DNA from: a virus | Taxonomy: Duplodnaviria; Caudoviricetes | DNA: 64,000 nt | Strand: one strand, 5' to 3' | Virus record (IMG/VR): IMGVR_UViG_3300041411_000177 | Span: 16,477-80,476 of that record | Part shown: positions 63,073-64,000 of the stretch, one piece after another | Numbering within the stretch: position 1 is the stretch's first letter | Layout of the letters: every line of letters starts with the position of its first letter | Translations under genes and position numbers: made by a program | Notes under the pieces: generated by a model | Database searches by the model: none | What the model was told of the DNA's origin: nothing | The model's input: only the letters and a program-made list of their open reading frames with translations

Positions 63073-64000
63073 ATGCACTGGCTGCACTCGTTAGATCAAC
63101 TCGTTTATCGCTTAGGGGCCGCATGCTTTACCCATACGGAATTCGCACGCGTATTATACGAACTTCGCGAAGACCGTAAGCATGCCATGGCAATCGCCTT
63201 TGCAGAATCCCATCGCAGCGCCTATCGTCAAACAGCGGCTCAAGTGTCGTTGGATGACAAAGAAGAATCCAAGGCGAACAGGCTGCGCGCACAAGCCACG
63301 ATAGTCGAAGACGGTGCCCGTGTATTAATCACGCGTCCCGCATTCGTCGCCGCTCAAATCGAACTCGCTGCAATCGAATATATCCTGAGTCTCGTTGAGC
63401 CGGACGTGCAAAACATTCCCTACGATTTCATCGCCGTACAGCGCACAGAAAACACCCTCGCGCTCTACTGGAAAGCCTTCGTCGAAGTGCGATCCTACAA
63501 CGGCCAAATCAATTTCGATACCCGCTCGGAAATTCTCGGACGTGGCCTCACTCTGCCCAAATTCGACGGAATTGAAACCCGCGACGATTTCCTGCATGAG
63601 TTCAACCGGGGCGATTACAAATCCCTGACTCTGCATGAACTCGAAGGGTTCTACATTGGGGCATTGCAACAAATCGAAAAATCGCCGCTGGTTAAATCCT
63701 ACATGGACGCGCTGACCGATGCCAACAACAGCCCCGCTTTTCTCGGAAGTATTCCAGAAATCAGTCAACCTCTTGAGCCAATTGCAACTGGTAAAAGACT
63801 CGGTGTTGACGTACCACACCGTCGAGCATGACGAACAGTTTTTCGCATTCGTTGCCAGCCTCGATACCTCCGATAATTCACCGCGTCTTATTTACGACGT
63901 GACCGTGAACAACGAACCCGTCCGCATGTTGGCCGACTTGCCGCCCTCGGTGATTGTGGACTACGGACTTTTTATTAGCCGTGTGCAGCATTGGGAAAAC
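63073..64000 (+). CDS. Hypothetical protein, apparent frameshift at about 63732-63741; runs off the window edge
   Basis: ORF track ends at 63831, but the +1 frame from 63736 reads LFSEVFQKSVNLLSQLQLVKDSVLTYHTVEHDEQFFAFVASLD..., open to 64000. Confidence 0.6.

Overview
About 64 kb of a large lytic dsDNA bacteriophage genome, at roughly 50% GC by eye. It is gene-dense, with ATGA-type overlaps, Shine-Dalgarno sites and intrinsic terminators. The gene content suggests a Lu11/PaBG-like jumbo myophage, but this is inference with no database search run. Genes lie on the minus strand over 1-39163 and 41632-43356, and on the plus strand over 39248-41555 and 43409-64000. Recognisable functions are a family-A DNA polymerase with an N-terminal UDG-like fold (partial), a 2015-aa SNF2-family ATPase, an HNH nuclease, an SbcD/SbcC pair, a DnaX-like clamp loader, a DnaG-like primase, a RuvC-like resolvase, a Cas4-like nuclease, both type IIA topoisomerase subunits, a 5'-3' exonuclease, a degenerate NAD-ligase-like protein, two probable neck proteins, LysM and PG-binding proteins, a PTH2-like protein and an HExxH peptidase. 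Four features stand out. (1) A set of apparently highly expressed charge-patterned proteins: a 7-AT-hook H1-like protein, two more H1/AlgP-like proteins, a protein with 104 consecutive Glu, and other acidic proteins, together with poly-Lys tails on many DNA enzymes. These may form a phage chromatin or condensate system. (2) A 9-mer, ACTGTAAAT, found at least 16 times and always co-oriented with transcription, probably a phage-specific promoter. (3) A ~600-nt hairpin-rich non-coding segment with GAA-triloop hairpins and a G-rich tract, a candidate origin or ncRNA. (4) A recurrent (V/M)ATA(S/A) peptide motif that may be a protease processing site. Three single-base homopolymer frameshifts at two loci look like sequencing errors. 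No tRNA, rRNA, CRISPR array, integrase or transposase was seen.
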